Origin: Candidatus Dojkabacteria bacterium
GTDB lineage: Bacteria > Patescibacteriota > Dojkabacteria > B142 > OLB20
Assembly: GCA_046753765.1 (NCBI GenBank)
Contig: JBHHUN010000002.1
Span: forward strand, 1,570-65,569
Direction: 5' to 3'
DNA: 64,000 nucleotides
The notes under the pieces were generated by a model, which was not told where the DNA came from, did not search any database, and worked only from the letters and a program-made list of their open reading frames with translations. Positions 38,077 through 49,571 of the stretch are shown here, one piece after another. The translations under genes were made by a program, and so were the position numbers. Within the stretch, counting starts at the first letter, position 1; the number at the start of each line of letters is the position of its first letter.

Positions 38077-39900
38077 TTACAAAGTGATGTTAAATTTTCG
38101 CATCCATAATTCTGTGTTGAGAATGCGCCAGAATACCATTGCATCTCCATTAATCTTACCACTCTTCCAGGCCTTGAACGCTTTGACTACAGTATCTTGT
38201 TGAAATAACCCTGAGGAGAACGCTTTGTCTGATCCCAGGAGCTCTTCAAATCTATTCGATTTTGATCTCATCCACCTGGCCTCGGGTGTTGTAAATCCAA
38301 TTTTTTTTCTTCTTGATCTAATTGATTCTGGCATAAGGCCCTTCATTGCATTCCGGTAAACAAAGCGATTCCAACCATGTTTTATCTTTTGATCAGCAGG
38401 AAGACCAAGGACATATTCTACAAACTTGTGATCAAGGAGGGGTACTCTGGTTTCAATCGAAAACGCCATCGCATTTCTGTCTTCGTACCTCAGAATATTT
38501 GGAACACTGTATGAGCTTACATCCTTCCAAAGCCTCATGTTCAGATTTGATTCTTGATTGTAGGTAAAATTTCTTTTTTCGAAAGCACCCTTTTCGAGAA
38601 ACTGCCCCATGCTCAGAGCATTATTCCTGCTAAGCTTCGCTTGAAGCACTCTTTTGAAGAATGGAAAATATAGATCCGCCCCTCGTAGTAGCTCGTAGAG
38701 TCCTCGAAGACCTCTTCCGGCAGGAAGTGCAGTTTTAAAGTACGATGCAAAGTAAGGTATGTAACCTGCAAAAAGCTCATCGCCACCCTGACCTGATAAT
38801 ATGACTTTTATGTACTTGTGAGCTTCTCGCATTACACTGTAACTTGCGTATGGTGCTGACGAAATAGTAGGCTCTTCCTGAGTATAGATCCAATCATTAA
38901 TCTCGCTCCAGAACCCTTCAACGGTCGGCTCAACAATGTGTTTCTCTGCGCCAGTATACTGGATAGCCTCGTCAATATATCTGCTTTCATCGATGGGGTC
39001 ACCTGGGTATACTGCCGAAAAAGTTAGAAGCCCTTTGGTGTGCAAATCCTGGCCATCATCACGGAGTTTCTTCGTCATCGAGAGAACGCCGGTGGAGTCC
39101 AAACCCCCGGAGAGGGACACGGCGATCGGAACATCAGAGATGAGGTGTAACTTCATCGTTTCTTCAAATATCTCTCTGAGTTCGTCAGCGTACACAGAAT
39201 CTTTTTTGGTGCTTTTAAACGACGTATTTACCTCTGGCTTCCAATAGCTTTCGAGTCGCTCAATCTTTCTATTAGAGTTTACTACCATGAGGTGACTTGG
39301 GGGGAGACGTAAGATGCCCGAAAAAAAGGTTTCAGGCCTGTGATCGTGAATGCGGAATCTCAGATATTCACTCAGTACTTCTCTATTTACTTTTGGCGAA
39401 ATATACCCAGTTTTCAAAAGAGCCTTTATCTCCGATGCAAAAAAGATCCCGTGGCTGTTGTTAAAGTAGTACAGGGGCTTTATTCCAAGCCTGTCTCTTG
39501 CAATAAATAGTCTATTGCGTTTGAGGTCATAGATAATAAAAGCAAACATACCCCTGAGTCTTTTTACAACATCAATACCCCACTCTTCGTACCCGTGCAC
39601 TACAGTCTCTGTATCACTGTGGTCAGTACTGAACTTGTGACCAAGCTGTTCGAGTTGTTTCCACAGCTTCTGGTAGTTGTATATTTCGCCGTTAAATACG
39701 ATAGCAACTGTCTTATCCTCATTCCAGATAGGTTGCCATCCGTCTTCTGGGTCGATAATAGCGAGCCTGCGCATCCCAATTGAGAACTTCTGGTCCGTAT
39801 GGATGCCTTCACCATCAGGTCCGCGATGAATTATCTCTCCGAGCTGTTTCTGGAGCAGTTTGTCGTCTTGTTTTGCCGCAAATCCTACTATTCCACACAT
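38077..39900 (-). CDS. asnB: asparagine synthase (glutamine-hydrolysing)
   Basis: The true start MCGIVGF (Ntn Cys2) is at 39900 and the PP-loop is SLSGGLDSTGV. The ORF track extends it 11 codons upstream. Confidence 0.8.
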   Translation of the reverse strand: MCGIVGFAAKQDDKLLQKQLGEIIHRGPDGEGIHTDQKFSIGMRRLAIIDPEDGWQPIWNEDKTVAIVFNGEIYNYQKLWKQLEQLGHKFSTDHSDTETVVHGYEEWGIDVVKRLRGMFAFIIYDLKRNRLFIARDRLGIKPLYYFNNSHGIFFASEIKALLKTGYISPKVNREVLSEYLRFRIHDHRPETFFSGILRLPPSHLMVVNSNRKIERLESYWKPEVNTSFKSTKKDSVYADELREIFEETMKLHLISDVPIAVSLSGGLDSTGVLSMTKKLRDDGQDLHTKGLLTFSAVYPGDPIDESRYIDEAIQYTGAEKHIVEPTVEGFWSEINDWIYTQEEPTISSAPYASYSVMREAHKYIKVILSGQGGDELFAGYIPYFASYFKTALPAGRGLRGLYELLRGADLYFPFFKRVLQAKLSRNNALSMGQFLEKGAFEKRNFTYNQESNLNMRLWKDVSSYSVPNILRYEDRNAMAFSIETRVPLLDHKFVEYVLGLPADQKIKHGWNRFVYRNAMKGLMPESIRSRRKKIGFTTPEARWMRSKSNRFEELLGSDKAFSSGLFQQDTVVKAFKAWKSGKINGDAMVFWRILNTELWMRKFNITL

Positions 39901-39937
39901 ACTGGTCATAATAGCATAAATGAAGCCCCGCACAATT

Positions 39938-40825
39938 CTAATTAAAAATCCGACAGTCTCTTTTAAAAACTAGAGGCGGTTTCATACCAAGACTCATATG
40001 AGGTCTTGTATTGTGATACTTGTAAAGAAATCTCTCTACCCTCATGTTACACGATTTCAGGTCATCCTGTTTATATCTCTTCCATCCCAAACACTCTTTT
40101 CTCAATGTTCTGTTAAAACTCTCAATAAATGACTGCTCATTCTTCTTGTATGGTCTCGCTATTCTATGTCGTTTGCAGTAGCTTGTAACGTTCTGTTTAA
40201 ACCGATCTTTGAACTCACTACCTCCATCTGTTTGTATCATCTCAGAATAGCTGTTAAATCTTCTAGGCATACTCCTTCGAAGAAATCTGTAACCATATTC
40301 TGCTGTAAGTCTTGGCGCTAGATACACATCTACTTCTCTGGTGAATATATCCACTCCAGTAAATGCGAATAATTCTCCAAAGTCCACTGCATCCATTTGT
40401 ACTACCTCTCTTGGCTTAGTAGCTTCTGGGACATGTCCTCTTGGTTGGTTCTTTTTCCATTTACTGCGTATTACGTACTTCTCATGTAAGGCAATGTAGA
40501 TTGTTGATACTGCAATCTTGTAACCATATCTTTCTCTGAGATAGTACTGAATCTTTTGCCCACAACATTCGTTTTCATTCTCTCTGATATCCCATATTCT
40601 TCTCTTGAGTACTGGGTCTAGTTGTCTCTTCCTCCTTTTACCTTTTTTAGCATTCATGTAGTTCTCAAGATACTTATTCAGTCCAATCTCTTCTATTCCT
40701 TTTATCCAGAGATGTACTGTTTCTCTGTGCTTACCTAAATGTTTTGCAATATGGGTTTTAGGCATCCCCCCTTCGTACAGCTCCCACGCTGTGATTATTC
40801 TTGTTGTGTTTTCCATAGTGTCCAT
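39938..40825 (-). CDS. DDE (rve/integrase-core) transposase with N-terminal HTH
   Basis: N-terminal HTH and the catalytic triad context VVQMDAVDF ... IQTDGGSEF ... ESFNRTLRKE. The C-terminal codons lie inside IRL. Confidence 0.8.
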   Translation of the reverse strand: MDTMENTTRIITAWELYEGGMPKTHIAKHLGKHRETVHLWIKGIEEIGLNKYLENYMNAKKGKRRKRQLDPVLKRRIWDIRENENECCGQKIQYYLRERYGYKIAVSTIYIALHEKYVIRSKWKKNQPRGHVPEATKPREVVQMDAVDFGELFAFTGVDIFTREVDVYLAPRLTAEYGYRFLRRSMPRRFNSYSEMIQTDGGSEFKDRFKQNVTSYCKRHRIARPYKKNEQSFIESFNRTLRKECLGWKRYKQDDLKSCNMRVERFLYKYHNTRPHMSLGMKPPLVFKRDCRIFN

Positions 40826-40853
40826 ATTTTACATGGACTGTCGGATTTTTAAT
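39941..40853 (-). mobile_element. IS element (IS481/IS3-superfamily DDE transposase) bounded by 18-bp perfect inverted repeats
   Basis: IRL ATTAAAAATCCGACAGTC at 39941-39958 and its reverse complement at 40836-40853. It encloses a single transposase ORF. Confidence 0.8.
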
Positions 40854-41037
40854 CGGACATTGCGAAGCCTTTACATTTGATATATATGTGCGCTATACTA
40901 GCGACATGAGAGATGAATACTATCATCACAACCAATCGCTTCCAGTCACTATTTGCGCCGATACAGGCGTTAAATGCGGTTTTGTCCTAAATATGGAGGC
41001 TGTTTGGTAATCTTCTCATTAATTTTGACCAGGTGAG

Positions 41038-41058
41038 CCTCCGAAGCGGAGGTTTTTT
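41038..41058 (+). terminator. Rho-independent terminator-like hairpin plus T-tract
   Basis: CCTCCG-AAG-CGGAGG followed by TTTTTT, in the gap between the IS and the MFS gene. Confidence 0.35.
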
Positions 41059-41172
41059 ATTTTCCTGGCGCACTTTCTCCAATACCCTTTCACTCCCTCT
41101 TCGGAAGTTTTCCTGGCTCAAACAGCCGGATCAGTTTGAGCTGGTTCTTAAACAATCAAAAAGGAGATAACA

Positions 41173-42336
41173 ATGGATTTCAAGAAATACAGCAGAAGAT
41201 ACATAGTACTCAAAGCCCTGCAGGGGAGCATGCTCGGATGGTCAAGTGCTACCTACGCGTTTTTTTTGTTGCAGCATGGGTACCAGTTGCATCATCTAAC
41301 GATGGTGAATATGGTTTTCATGTCCCTCGGCTCAGTGATTGACCCCTGGACCGGAAAGTTAGCTGACATGGTTGGGCAGAAGAAGGTGTTCCTGTTCGGG
41401 ATAGTTTTCTGGGGGCTGGGAACCTTCACCTATTTTCTAGCCAACAATCTGCCTGGTTTTATGCTGGCAGAATCAATTGCTGCACTTGCCTATGCACTCA
41501 ACTCACAGAGCTTAGAGTCGTGGCTGCAGAACCTGTTTCCCGAAAGGGCTCAGGAGCTACCGGTCGTCAGGGCGAGGGCTGGTTGGGCAAGCAAGATCGG
41601 GATTATTCCGGCTGCAATAGCGGGGAGTTTGATCGGATCGCAGTACGGCTTCGAATGGCCCTGGCTGATGGAGGCGATTTCGGCATTGGTCTTATTAGGG
41701 GTAGCAATCGTTATGCTGCGGAACCTTACTGAATCCTACAATCACAGTGAATCTGAGAAGGTCAGTGTGATAGAGGCGGTCAAAGTGACTGCACACAACA
41801 AAGCACTACGACTTTCGACACTGTTTGTGTTTGTGACGTTCTTCACTTTCCAGTCATTCAACATGTTCTGGAGTGAGATCTTTCGTCAAGCCAGTAGCGG
41901 AAGCTCTTGGTGGCAAGGATTTGTATGGATCGGAATCGCCATTGCGATTGCTATAGGTTCGTACGCGAGCGGAAAAGCCAAAGTAGTGAGTGGTCAACAC
42001 TTAGCGCTAATTGCCGGGAGTTCTGGATTGGCCATGCTGTTTGCCTCGGCTTTGAATTCAAACGTGTTGCTGCTAGTTTTGTTTTTCGTTCTCCACGAAA
42101 TTCCCCGTGGGGCCATTGAAAACGTGATGTTCACGTACTCAAATACCCACATCAAACCTCACAACAGATCCACGATGAACTCTGTGCGGTCTGGAGCCGG
42201 CAGGCTCGGGGGTGCATTTGGTCTAGCAGTCTTTGGAGCTCTCCTTTTCTTTGAGATAACCGATCCAATTGGGACCTGGGTCATTTCCTCGATAATACTT
42301 CTCGTTCTCGCTAGCTGGATGAAGCTGCGGGCGTGA
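41173..42336 (+). CDS. MFS-family transporter
   Basis: 12-TM architecture with MFS-like loop motifs (GKLADMVGQKK). Confidence 0.65.
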   Translation: MDFKKYSRRYIVLKALQGSMLGWSSATYAFFLLQHGYQLHHLTMVNMVFMSLGSVIDPWTGKLADMVGQKKVFLFGIVFWGLGTFTYFLANNLPGFMLAESIAALAYALNSQSLESWLQNLFPERAQELPVVRARAGWASKIGIIPAAIAGSLIGSQYGFEWPWLMEAISALVLLGVAIVMLRNLTESYNHSESEKVSVIEAVKVTAHNKALRLSTLFVFVTFFTFQSFNMFWSEIFRQASSGSSWWQGFVWIGIAIAIAIGSYASGKAKVVSGQHLALIAGSSGLAMLFASALNSNVLLLVLFFVLHEIPRGAIENVMFTYSNTHIKPHNRSTMNSVRSGAGRLGGAFGLAVFGALLFFEITDPIGTWVISSIILLVLASWMKLRA

Positions 42337-42407
42337 AGAACAATCCGGCACTCGCGGGTGCAGCTCAATCTACCGATTAGCTGCACCTGCTCTTCCTATC
42401 AAAGGTG

Positions 42408-44003
42408 CTATAACAGTACTAGAGTTCCTGTGACCACTTGTGCTCCTTCTACCTCGGGATCTTCATCTTCTTCCTCATCGTCTTTTTTGACATCTTCATC
42501 CTCGTTGATTCCATCGTTGTCGTCTACGTCGTCAGTTACGTCGTTATCGTCGTTTTTATCTTTGTCATCATTCATTCCATCCCCATCTTCGTCGTTGCTA
42601 ATTCTGTCATCACCAACGTTATCGTTGTCGATATTTTCGTCTTCGAGCAATAGTTTGGCCATTGAGACTAGTTGCTTTGCCTGCTCTGCCGTATCGTCAG
42701 CCAGGAATAGATTAGTGTCTACTAAGCCTTTAGCCTCCTCTATTTTTGACTTTGCTTGCGCGAGCAACGACTCGACCTCAGTAGTATCCCACCCTGCCTC
42801 AAGAAGTTTATCCTCAAGGTCCTTAATCTTTCCTTCAACGTCCGAAATAAAGTCTAACAGGTGTTCTCCATCTTCTGATGGAAGTTCTGCGTTTCGTTCG
42901 ATCGTCCTCTGCGCATCTTTAGCCATATCTTCTGCAACTTTCGCAGTAATCTTTGCATCTACGTAGCTTTCTGCGCTAAACAGGGTCTCTGCTACTGCAA
43001 TCTTATCCCTGGCAATAGCAATTATCTGTTCTACTTGTGCTCTCAATTCGGGCGTAAGGTCAGTGTCTGCAGCTAACATTGATTCCGCATCAGCAAGTTC
43101 GGACTTTGCTTCGTCGATCTCTTCTTGTGCTTCGATAATAACGTTCTCTTCGTCCAGCTCTCCCATCGACATGATGTCACGAGCGATACTCGAGAGGTTC
43201 CTAGATTGTTTTGCATACAGGTACGCCCTTTCAAGATCTCCACTTGAGTAATACGTATTTGCAGTATCAAGAGAGTCTTGTGCAAGACTTATAAAGTTTT
43301 CAATCTCGCTTATCGTAGGCGCATCAAGTATCAGTCTGTAGAGCTCTAGTTTAGCTCTAGTTCGTACCAAGTCCGACGCTGCCTTGTCTAGTAAGATCTG
43401 AGCCTTCGATTCAACGACAGGTTTCAGGTCTGGATCACTACTACCTCCAATATCAACAATCAGTAAGCCAATAATTTTATCCCCAATCTCAATCGTACCA
43501 GCTAATGATCCTTCGAGCTCCGCCCTTATCTCTGGATCGGGATTGTCAGCGAGTGCCGCAAGTCTGGCCTCCACATCGAAAGCCAGGTCAGCAAATTCGC
43601 TCACAAGGTCAAGAAGGCCCTGCTTGTTAGGGTCTTCGTCTGAGAGTAGGTTTATCAGTTCCTCTGCCTTTTGTAAATCGGCATGGAATTCCGCAAGAAG
43701 AGTTTGTATGGATTTGATATCGTCGTCCGAATCCTGAGCATACACTTTTCCAACTAGTGCAACCGAGGATGATGGATTAAGAATTGCTTCTAGCTCTGTA
43801 ATACGCTCGTCTGCGTGAGCAATATATAACTTCGCCTGAGCGGCCTTATCAGAATTCAGTGAAAACTGAAAATCCTCAAGTGACCTATCAAGGGAATACA
43901 GGGCGTCTCCAGGCTTTGATCCGTCAGCCATAAATAAAACCAAAACTAACAGCCCAATCAAGGCTATTACTATTACCGATCCTATTACTAATTTTTTACC
44001 CAT
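42408..44003 (-). CDS. membrane-anchored coiled-coil protein with acidic low-complexity C-terminus (DUF5667-like, tentative)
   Basis: N-terminal TM helix, a long helical/coiled-coil ectodomain and a D/E/N-rich tail. The plus-strand Ser-rich ORF 42358..42966 is its antisense shadow. Confidence 0.5.
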   Translation of the reverse strand: MGKKLVIGSVIVIALIGLLVLVLFMADGSKPGDALYSLDRSLEDFQFSLNSDKAAQAKLYIAHADERITELEAILNPSSSVALVGKVYAQDSDDDIKSIQTLLAEFHADLQKAEELINLLSDEDPNKQGLLDLVSEFADLAFDVEARLAALADNPDPEIRAELEGSLAGTIEIGDKIIGLLIVDIGGSSDPDLKPVVESKAQILLDKAASDLVRTRAKLELYRLILDAPTISEIENFISLAQDSLDTANTYYSSGDLERAYLYAKQSRNLSSIARDIMSMGELDEENVIIEAQEEIDEAKSELADAESMLAADTDLTPELRAQVEQIIAIARDKIAVAETLFSAESYVDAKITAKVAEDMAKDAQRTIERNAELPSEDGEHLLDFISDVEGKIKDLEDKLLEAGWDTTEVESLLAQAKSKIEEAKGLVDTNLFLADDTAEQAKQLVSMAKLLLEDENIDNDNVGDDRISNDEDGDGMNDDKDKNDDNDVTDDVDDNDGINEDEDVKKDDEEEDEDPEVEGAQVVTGTLVLL

Positions 44004-44085
44004 GAGGATAACTCGTATAAAATAATATACTAAAAGACTACAGAAAGTATCTTACGAATGCAAGGCAGACTGCTGATTCACTAGA

Positions 44086-47000
44086 CTAGCCACATTTACT
44101 GTAACCACAACCTCTGCATAAAATGCAGCCTTCTGCGTATTCAAGGTCGCCTGAACACTCGGGGCACTCTAACAGGTCGCCGTATGTATTTACCTTTGTG
44201 TACCCGTCAGCTTTCTCTTCCGGTGTAGGCGCAAGACTCGCTACTGCCTTCGACTCCACGATAATCTCTTCTTCAACCCTAACCTCTTCAGCACTTTGCT
44301 CAGGTACTACTTCCTCAATCTTCTCTTCAACCGCCAAAGTATCAATAAGTTCCTCGAGGCTTTCTCTGGATAGATCTTCACCTCCTCCAGTGCTCACGAC
44401 CTTTTCAGGTTCCTCTTCTTTATCAGCTTTCACGACTTTTTCATCGTCACCAAGTAGACTAATCTGGTTTTTCATTTCGTCAAGATGTCTTTTCATGATC
44501 TTAGCTACAGCATCCGGAACTGAGTAAACTATCATCCCTTTATTCATTGTTGGGGCAGATGTTCTTATACCCTGAAGTTGCTTAATCACCACTTCGGGCT
44601 TGATTCCTGACCGCAGAGACGTTGTCACAAGCCTGCCAATAGCTTCTGTATAGCCAGCCGTGAAGCTTCCGCTCTTACCAAGATTCAAAAACACTTCAAA
44701 CATACCCTTTTCGTCCTCATTGATAGTAATATAAAGATCTCCCTGTTCTGTCTTCACTTCATATGTAAAGCCCTTGATAACATCCCTCCTGCCTCTTGGT
44801 TCAAGCGCATTTCTAACTGCAACCTCGACTTGCCCATGAACTCTCTCGGTTTCGGTCTTTTGTTCTGCCTGAGGCTCAGTCTTTTCATCTTTCGTACCAA
44901 CCTGAAGTGCAGGGTCCTTAGATCCGTCTCTGAAGACAGTGATTCCTTTGCAGTCGAGCTCGTACGCTAGCTGGTACACTCTCGCAATATCCTGCCATGT
45001 AGCATTATTAGGGAGGTTTATTGTTTTTGAAACTGCACTGTCGACGTATTTCTGAAAAGCAGACTGAATTCGAACGTGATCTTCAGGGTCAATTTCATGC
45101 GTTGTACTGAATATCTCTAAAACATCATCGGGGATCTCAAATTCATCTTTGATCTCATGAAGGTGTGACCCTCCAGCCACAACCTCAATCAACTTCTTAG
45201 AATGGAAACCTCTAGCTTTTGCAACAGTTTCAAATAGATGATCTACCACCATCTGATCAGACCCTCCCATAGAGTTTTTTCTGCGATATCCCAAGGCAAA
45301 AACAGGCTCGATTCCAGGATTTGAGTTGGCCACAATCGAGATAGTTCCTGTTGGGGCGATTGTCGTGACCCTAGTGTTACGCATAAATTCTATACCATTT
45401 GCATACCAAGTAGACTTTTCGAATGCAGGAAAATTACCTTTTTCACGACCAAGTTCTTGTGAAGCTTTGTGAGCCTCGTTTTGTACCACCCCCATGACCT
45501 GTTCGGCCAGATTAATAGATTCGTCACTACCATACTTAATTCCCAATTTTATGAGTAGATCAGCAAACCCCATGACTCCAACACCTATATTGCGCGTTTT
45601 TTGTGTCATCTCCTCTATCTCCTTGATTGGATAGTTATTCATATCAATGATATTATCCAGAAACCTTACTGCAGTCACTGTAACCTCTCTAAGCCGGTCC
45701 CAATCTATAAGTTCTGTCTTTCTTTCGAGGTCCCAATTTCGAACTTTTTCATCTGCTGCGTAAGGGAACCCCTTAACCATCTTCGCTAGATTGATATGTC
45801 CCATATTGCATGTTTCGAAGGGGATGAGAGGTTGCTCACCACATGGATTTGTTGCATCCATGGTTCCAAGCTCTGGTGTGGTATTTGAACGCTCTGCACT
45901 GTCTACAAAGTATAACCCCGGATCACCACTCTTCCAGGCGTGCCTTGCTATCTTTTCAAACAACTCACGAGCTTTTAATGTCTTGTAGGTCTTTCCGTCA
46001 TTTGGGTCAATCAGGTTCCAATCTTCATCATTCTTTACAGCCTTCATAAATTCATCGTTGGCACCGACCGAGATGTTGTAGTGTGTTATTGAAACAAGAT
46101 CATCCTTACATTCAAGAAACTCCTCTATGTTGGGGTGGCTTGCGTTTAAAATGGCCATCGAACCAAGTCCCCTGCCCCCTCTACCGCGAATTGTATCTTG
46201 CGCACGGTTATACATGCGTAGATACTCAACAGGACCTGCAGCGTGTTCGCCAGTAGTTTTAACAATTGACATTGATGATCTAAGCTTGGAGAAGTTAAAA
46301 CCTGTGCCAACCCCTCTGCGCAAACACTGTATGTTCCAATTTAAGGTTTGAAAGATTGAGTCTATCGAATCCTCAACCGGTAAAACCAAGCACTTGGACA
46401 TAATAGTTTCCTCGCCCATTCCTGCCCATAGAAGCGTGCCACCACAGTAAAACTCTCCTGTGCTCATCAGATGATAGAATTCCTGTGCAACCTGTTCTCT
46501 TAGTTCTGGTCTTTCAGCCTGAGCGACTTTTGCAGCTATTCGAGTCCACAACTCGTCAGGAGTTTCAATAACGTTGCCGGATTTGTCTTTGGAGAGTGCA
46601 CGTTTTTCCAGTACCTGGAGAGCGTTAGGAGTGACTTCATGCTTTTCGGTGTTACATGAAGTCACAACGAATTTTGAAAAGACTTTTTGTAGTGCGAGAG
46701 TACGGTGGTGGTTCTTAGAGAATTCATCTTCAGTCGGAGCTACAATGTGCTCACCTATACTATCATGAACAAAAATAAATTTATAATCGTTCTGACTGGA
46801 TGTAACTAACTTCCCCGGAAGCTTGCTAAGAGCTGTCACAATCCTTTTAGTTTTAGGATTATAGATACACACCGCAGTAGTTAGGGTAGCAGGTAATCCG
46901 TTACTACCGGATACGCTCTTCACCGTTTTAAACAACTCCTGCGAGTAATCTCCAGATTTACCAAAATACTCAACGACAACTTGGGCTTTCGAGATTCCAA

Positions 47001-49092
47001 CTTCGCCTGTTAAGAAACCTGTCTCTTCAGCAATTGCAATCTTATTTAAACGGTTCGCCACCAGCTTCGCTTTCGAGATAGCTCCTTCTCTGAGTTTGCT
47101 TTCGGATAATTTCCAATCCTTATCTTCATTGGTGAAACTTTCAATCTCCTCTTTGACTGCTGTGAAGTCTGTTTGTTCATTTATAAAAGCACTTATCTCT
47201 TTGCTCTTCTTGGCGTCAGAGGTTGCAATCACTACCTCCATGCCCTGCACCTCTGACTGTTCGTCAAGAGTTTGCCCGGCCGCAACAGACTTTCTCTTTG
47301 AGTTTTCAATAACTTGATACTGCTTGCTTCCGTCACGGTAGATTGTTATTCCCTTACATCCTGTTTCCCAAGCTTGAATGTAAGCCTTTTTGACATCATC
47401 TTTCGTTGCTTCATGTGCCAAATTGATCGTTTTCGAAACAGCCGCATCGACATTTTCCTGTGCTGCAGCCTGCATTTTGACGTGCCACTCGGGAGCAATA
47501 TCATGGGTTGTAACAAAAAGCTTCTTAGCTTCTTCAGGAACCTCTTTTAAACCACACAGTGATCCTTTGTTGTCAGCTATCTTTTCCATTAATTCTTCAG
47601 TATAGAAGTCCTTGCTCTTTGCGTACTCCTCAAACTGTGGAGTCACATAGAGTAGAGACTTCCTTTCATTGGAGCTCTTTCCGTCATCCTGATAAAAAAC
47701 CGAATGCCGGTAAACAAGGGCAAATACAGGCTCGATTCCACTAGAACAATCAGCTATTAAGCTTAGCGTTCCTGTTGGGGCAATCGAAGTCACTGTAGCA
47801 TTACGTAGACTTTTTCCTAGTTTATCCCATTTGCTTCCCTTAAACTCAGGGAACAGTCCACGTTCTGTGCCAAGTCTCGCTGATTCTACAAGAGACTCTT
47901 CCTCAATAAATTTGACTATCTTTCTCGCCAAGTCAGTTCCTTCTTCAGAGTTATACGCGACTCCCAGTTTAAAAAGCATTGTCGCAAACCCCACTATCCC
48001 AAGTCCTAGCTTTCTAGTTTTCTCAACTTCAGCTTCAATTTTTCCCAGAGGGAAGTTTGAGAGGTCGATCATATTGTCTAGAAAGTGTGTTGCAAGATGC
48101 ACGGACTTACGAATCTGGTCCCAATCGATTTTATGTCCTGAACCAGTTTTAGTGAGATGGGTAGGCAGGACAATTGAGCCAAGATTACAGGACTCGTATG
48201 CCCTCAAGGGTTCTTCGCCACATGGATTGGTGGCTTCGATTATTCCAAGCTTTTTTGTTGGATTCGCTCTTTCTGACGTGTCGAGAAAAAATAAACCTGG
48301 GTCAGCACATTCCCAGGCTTTTTCGCAAATAAGATCGAACACAGCTCTGGCTCGGAGTTTTTTTACTAGCTTGCCGTTTCTGGGGTTGACAAGGTCGTAC
48401 TCTTTATCATCACGAAGCGCGTGCATAAAGTCATCTGTTATTCCTACTGAAGTATTAAAATTTCTGATAGATGAATCACGGCCCTTTAAATTAATAAATT
48501 CAATGATATCTGGGTGATTAACATTCAAGATCGCCATATTTCCACCACCACGCTTCTTTCCCTGAAGCACCTGGTCAAATGCCTGAGAGTAACTACGAAT
48601 GAAGTGAATTGGTCCTGCTGCGACATTTGGAGTACCGCCAACACTATCGCCTTTTGGCCTTATATGTGAAAAGTTAAAACCAGTGCCTCCGTTGTTTTTT
48701 TGAACGATCGCTGCCTCTTTCATAGTCTGAAAAATTGACTCAAGGTTATCTTCAATCGGCAGCACAAAGCACGAAGACAGTTGACCCGTTCCGTCGGTGT
48801 CGTTGCCTGCTTCGTATAGCACCCTTGCTCCCGGGAGAAACAAGTTACTGGATAGTAGGTCGTAGAATTCTCTGGCGGTTCGCAACACAGCACGTTTCTT
48901 CCTTGCTGGTGCACCCTTTACATACTTGGCGTCTTCACCAGCCATGCTGGCAGCGACCCTCCAGAACATCTCAAGTGGGCCTTCAACTAACTCACCTTTC
49001 TTATCCCTGAGGAAGGACCTTTTTTCCATAATCTTTAGTGAATTCTTCGATACAACTGGAGTGTTTAGATCATCCGGTGGACTTTTTGTCAT
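44086..49092 (-). CDS. nrdJ: tandem-fused class II (adenosylcobalamin-type) ribonucleotide reductase: two complete NrdJ catalytic units plus C-terminal Cys4 zinc-ribbon
   Basis: One uninterrupted 1668-aa frame. Both halves carry the full motif sets: [17 protein letters not shown] / [17 protein letters not shown]; [12 protein letters not shown] / [12 protein letters not shown]; [10 protein letters not shown] / [10 protein letters not shown]; ESCNLGS / ETCNMGH. A linker of about 230 aa has no assignable motif. The C-terminus is [27 protein letters not shown]. Confidence 0.85.
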   Translation of the reverse strand: MTKSPPDDLNTPVVSKNSLKIMEKRSFLRDKKGELVEGPLEMFWRVAASMAGEDAKYVKGAPARKKRAVLRTAREFYDLLSSNLFLPGARVLYEAGNDTDGTGQLSSCFVLPIEDNLESIFQTMKEAAIVQKNNGGTGFNFSHIRPKGDSVGGTPNVAAGPIHFIRSYSQAFDQVLQGKKRGGGNMAILNVNHPDIIEFINLKGRDSSIRNFNTSVGITDDFMHALRDDKEYDLVNPRNGKLVKKLRARAVFDLICEKAWECADPGLFFLDTSERANPTKKLGIIEATNPCGEEPLRAYESCNLGSIVLPTHLTKTGSGHKIDWDQIRKSVHLATHFLDNMIDLSNFPLGKIEAEVEKTRKLGLGIVGFATMLFKLGVAYNSEEGTDLARKIVKFIEEESLVESARLGTERGLFPEFKGSKWDKLGKSLRNATVTSIAPTGTLSLIADCSSGIEPVFALVYRHSVFYQDDGKSSNERKSLLYVTPQFEEYAKSKDFYTEELMEKIADNKGSLCGLKEVPEEAKKLFVTTHDIAPEWHVKMQAAAQENVDAAVSKTINLAHEATKDDVKKAYIQAWETGCKGITIYRDGSKQYQVIENSKRKSVAAGQTLDEQSEVQGMEVVIATSDAKKSKEISAFINEQTDFTAVKEEIESFTNEDKDWKLSESKLREGAISKAKLVANRLNKIAIAEETGFLTGEVGISKAQVVVEYFGKSGDYSQELFKTVKSVSGSNGLPATLTTAVCIYNPKTKRIVTALSKLPGKLVTSSQNDYKFIFVHDSIGEHIVAPTEDEFSKNHHRTLALQKVFSKFVVTSCNTEKHEVTPNALQVLEKRALSKDKSGNVIETPDELWTRIAAKVAQAERPELREQVAQEFYHLMSTGEFYCGGTLLWAGMGEETIMSKCLVLPVEDSIDSIFQTLNWNIQCLRRGVGTGFNFSKLRSSMSIVKTTGEHAAGPVEYLRMYNRAQDTIRGRGGRGLGSMAILNASHPNIEEFLECKDDLVSITHYNISVGANDEFMKAVKNDEDWNLIDPNDGKTYKTLKARELFEKIARHAWKSGDPGLYFVDSAERSNTTPELGTMDATNPCGEQPLIPFETCNMGHINLAKMVKGFPYAADEKVRNWDLERKTELIDWDRLREVTVTAVRFLDNIIDMNNYPIKEIEEMTQKTRNIGVGVMGFADLLIKLGIKYGSDESINLAEQVMGVVQNEAHKASQELGREKGNFPAFEKSTWYANGIEFMRNTRVTTIAPTGTISIVANSNPGIEPVFALGYRRKNSMGGSDQMVVDHLFETVAKARGFHSKKLIEVVAGGSHLHEIKDEFEIPDDVLEIFSTTHEIDPEDHVRIQSAFQKYVDSAVSKTINLPNNATWQDIARVYQLAYELDCKGITVFRDGSKDPALQVGTKDEKTEPQAEQKTETERVHGQVEVAVRNALEPRGRRDVIKGFTYEVKTEQGDLYITINEDEKGMFEVFLNLGKSGSFTAGYTEAIGRLVTTSLRSGIKPEVVIKQLQGIRTSAPTMNKGMIVYSVPDAVAKIMKRHLDEMKNQISLLGDDEKVVKADKEEEPEKVVSTGGGEDLSRESLEELIDTLAVEEKIEEVVPEQSAEEVRVEEEIIVESKAVASLAPTPEEKADGYTKVNTYGDLLECPECSGDLEYAEGCILCRGCGYSKCG

Positions 49093-49109
49093 TTTCAGTG
49101 ATGGTCGTT

Positions 49110-49571
49110 TTAAATATTACCTTTAAGGGATTTTAGAAATTTATCTGCTTTTTCAAACACAAGCATCTCCACTGGCAAAAAAGTGTCAGTATCAAAGTCA
49201 GCAAGTTTTTTCCAGACTATCTCGCTGATCTGCGCGGGGTCGCCAATCTTAATCTTTCCAAACCTGTACCTGCCAATAAAAAACTGCATCAAGCTTTCAA
49301 ACCCGCCTTTCCCAATAAATGCCTGATCAGTAAAAGGGATGGGGCCATCGGCAATTTCAACACCTGTTTGCGCAAACACAAGCTTTGCAACTTGATCCTC
49401 CATTACCTCCCACATCTGTCCGTCAACGTGTGTGAGCTCAGCAGATGGGAATGTGTACTTTCCAGTGTCAGCTTTACGGATCAACAAAAATTCACCACTG
49501 TCATTGATAACGAGTCCTCCGAGAGTTACCGCAAATAGATTGTTTTGGCTCATAATTAATATTCTAACCAA
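49110..49571 (-). CDS. Nudix-like small protein (degenerate Nudix box), within nrd operon
   Basis: [37 protein letters not shown] loosely fits Gx5Ex7REUxEExGU. Confidence 0.3.
   Translation of the reverse strand: MVRILIMSQNNLFAVTLGGLVINDSGEFLLIRKADTGKYTFPSAELTHVDGQMWEVMEDQVAKLVFAQTGVEIADGPIPFTDQAFIGKGGFESLMQFFIGRYRFGKIKIGDPAQISEIVWKKLADFDTDTFLPVEMLVFEKADKFLKSLKGNI

Noticed and set aside
42358-42966. 202-aa Ser-rich plus-strand ORF
   Set aside because: Antisense shadow of the minus-strand 531-aa coiled-coil gene. Its low-complexity poly-Ser arises from the GAA/GAT-rich acidic codons on the opposite strand.
46300-47200. Possible intein or homing endonuclease in the middle of the 1668-aa RNR ORF
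   Set aside because: Both flanking halves are complete RNR units with independent motif sets. The linker shows no intein blocks (no Cys/Ser-initiated block A, no terminal HN). A tandem fusion is the simpler reading.
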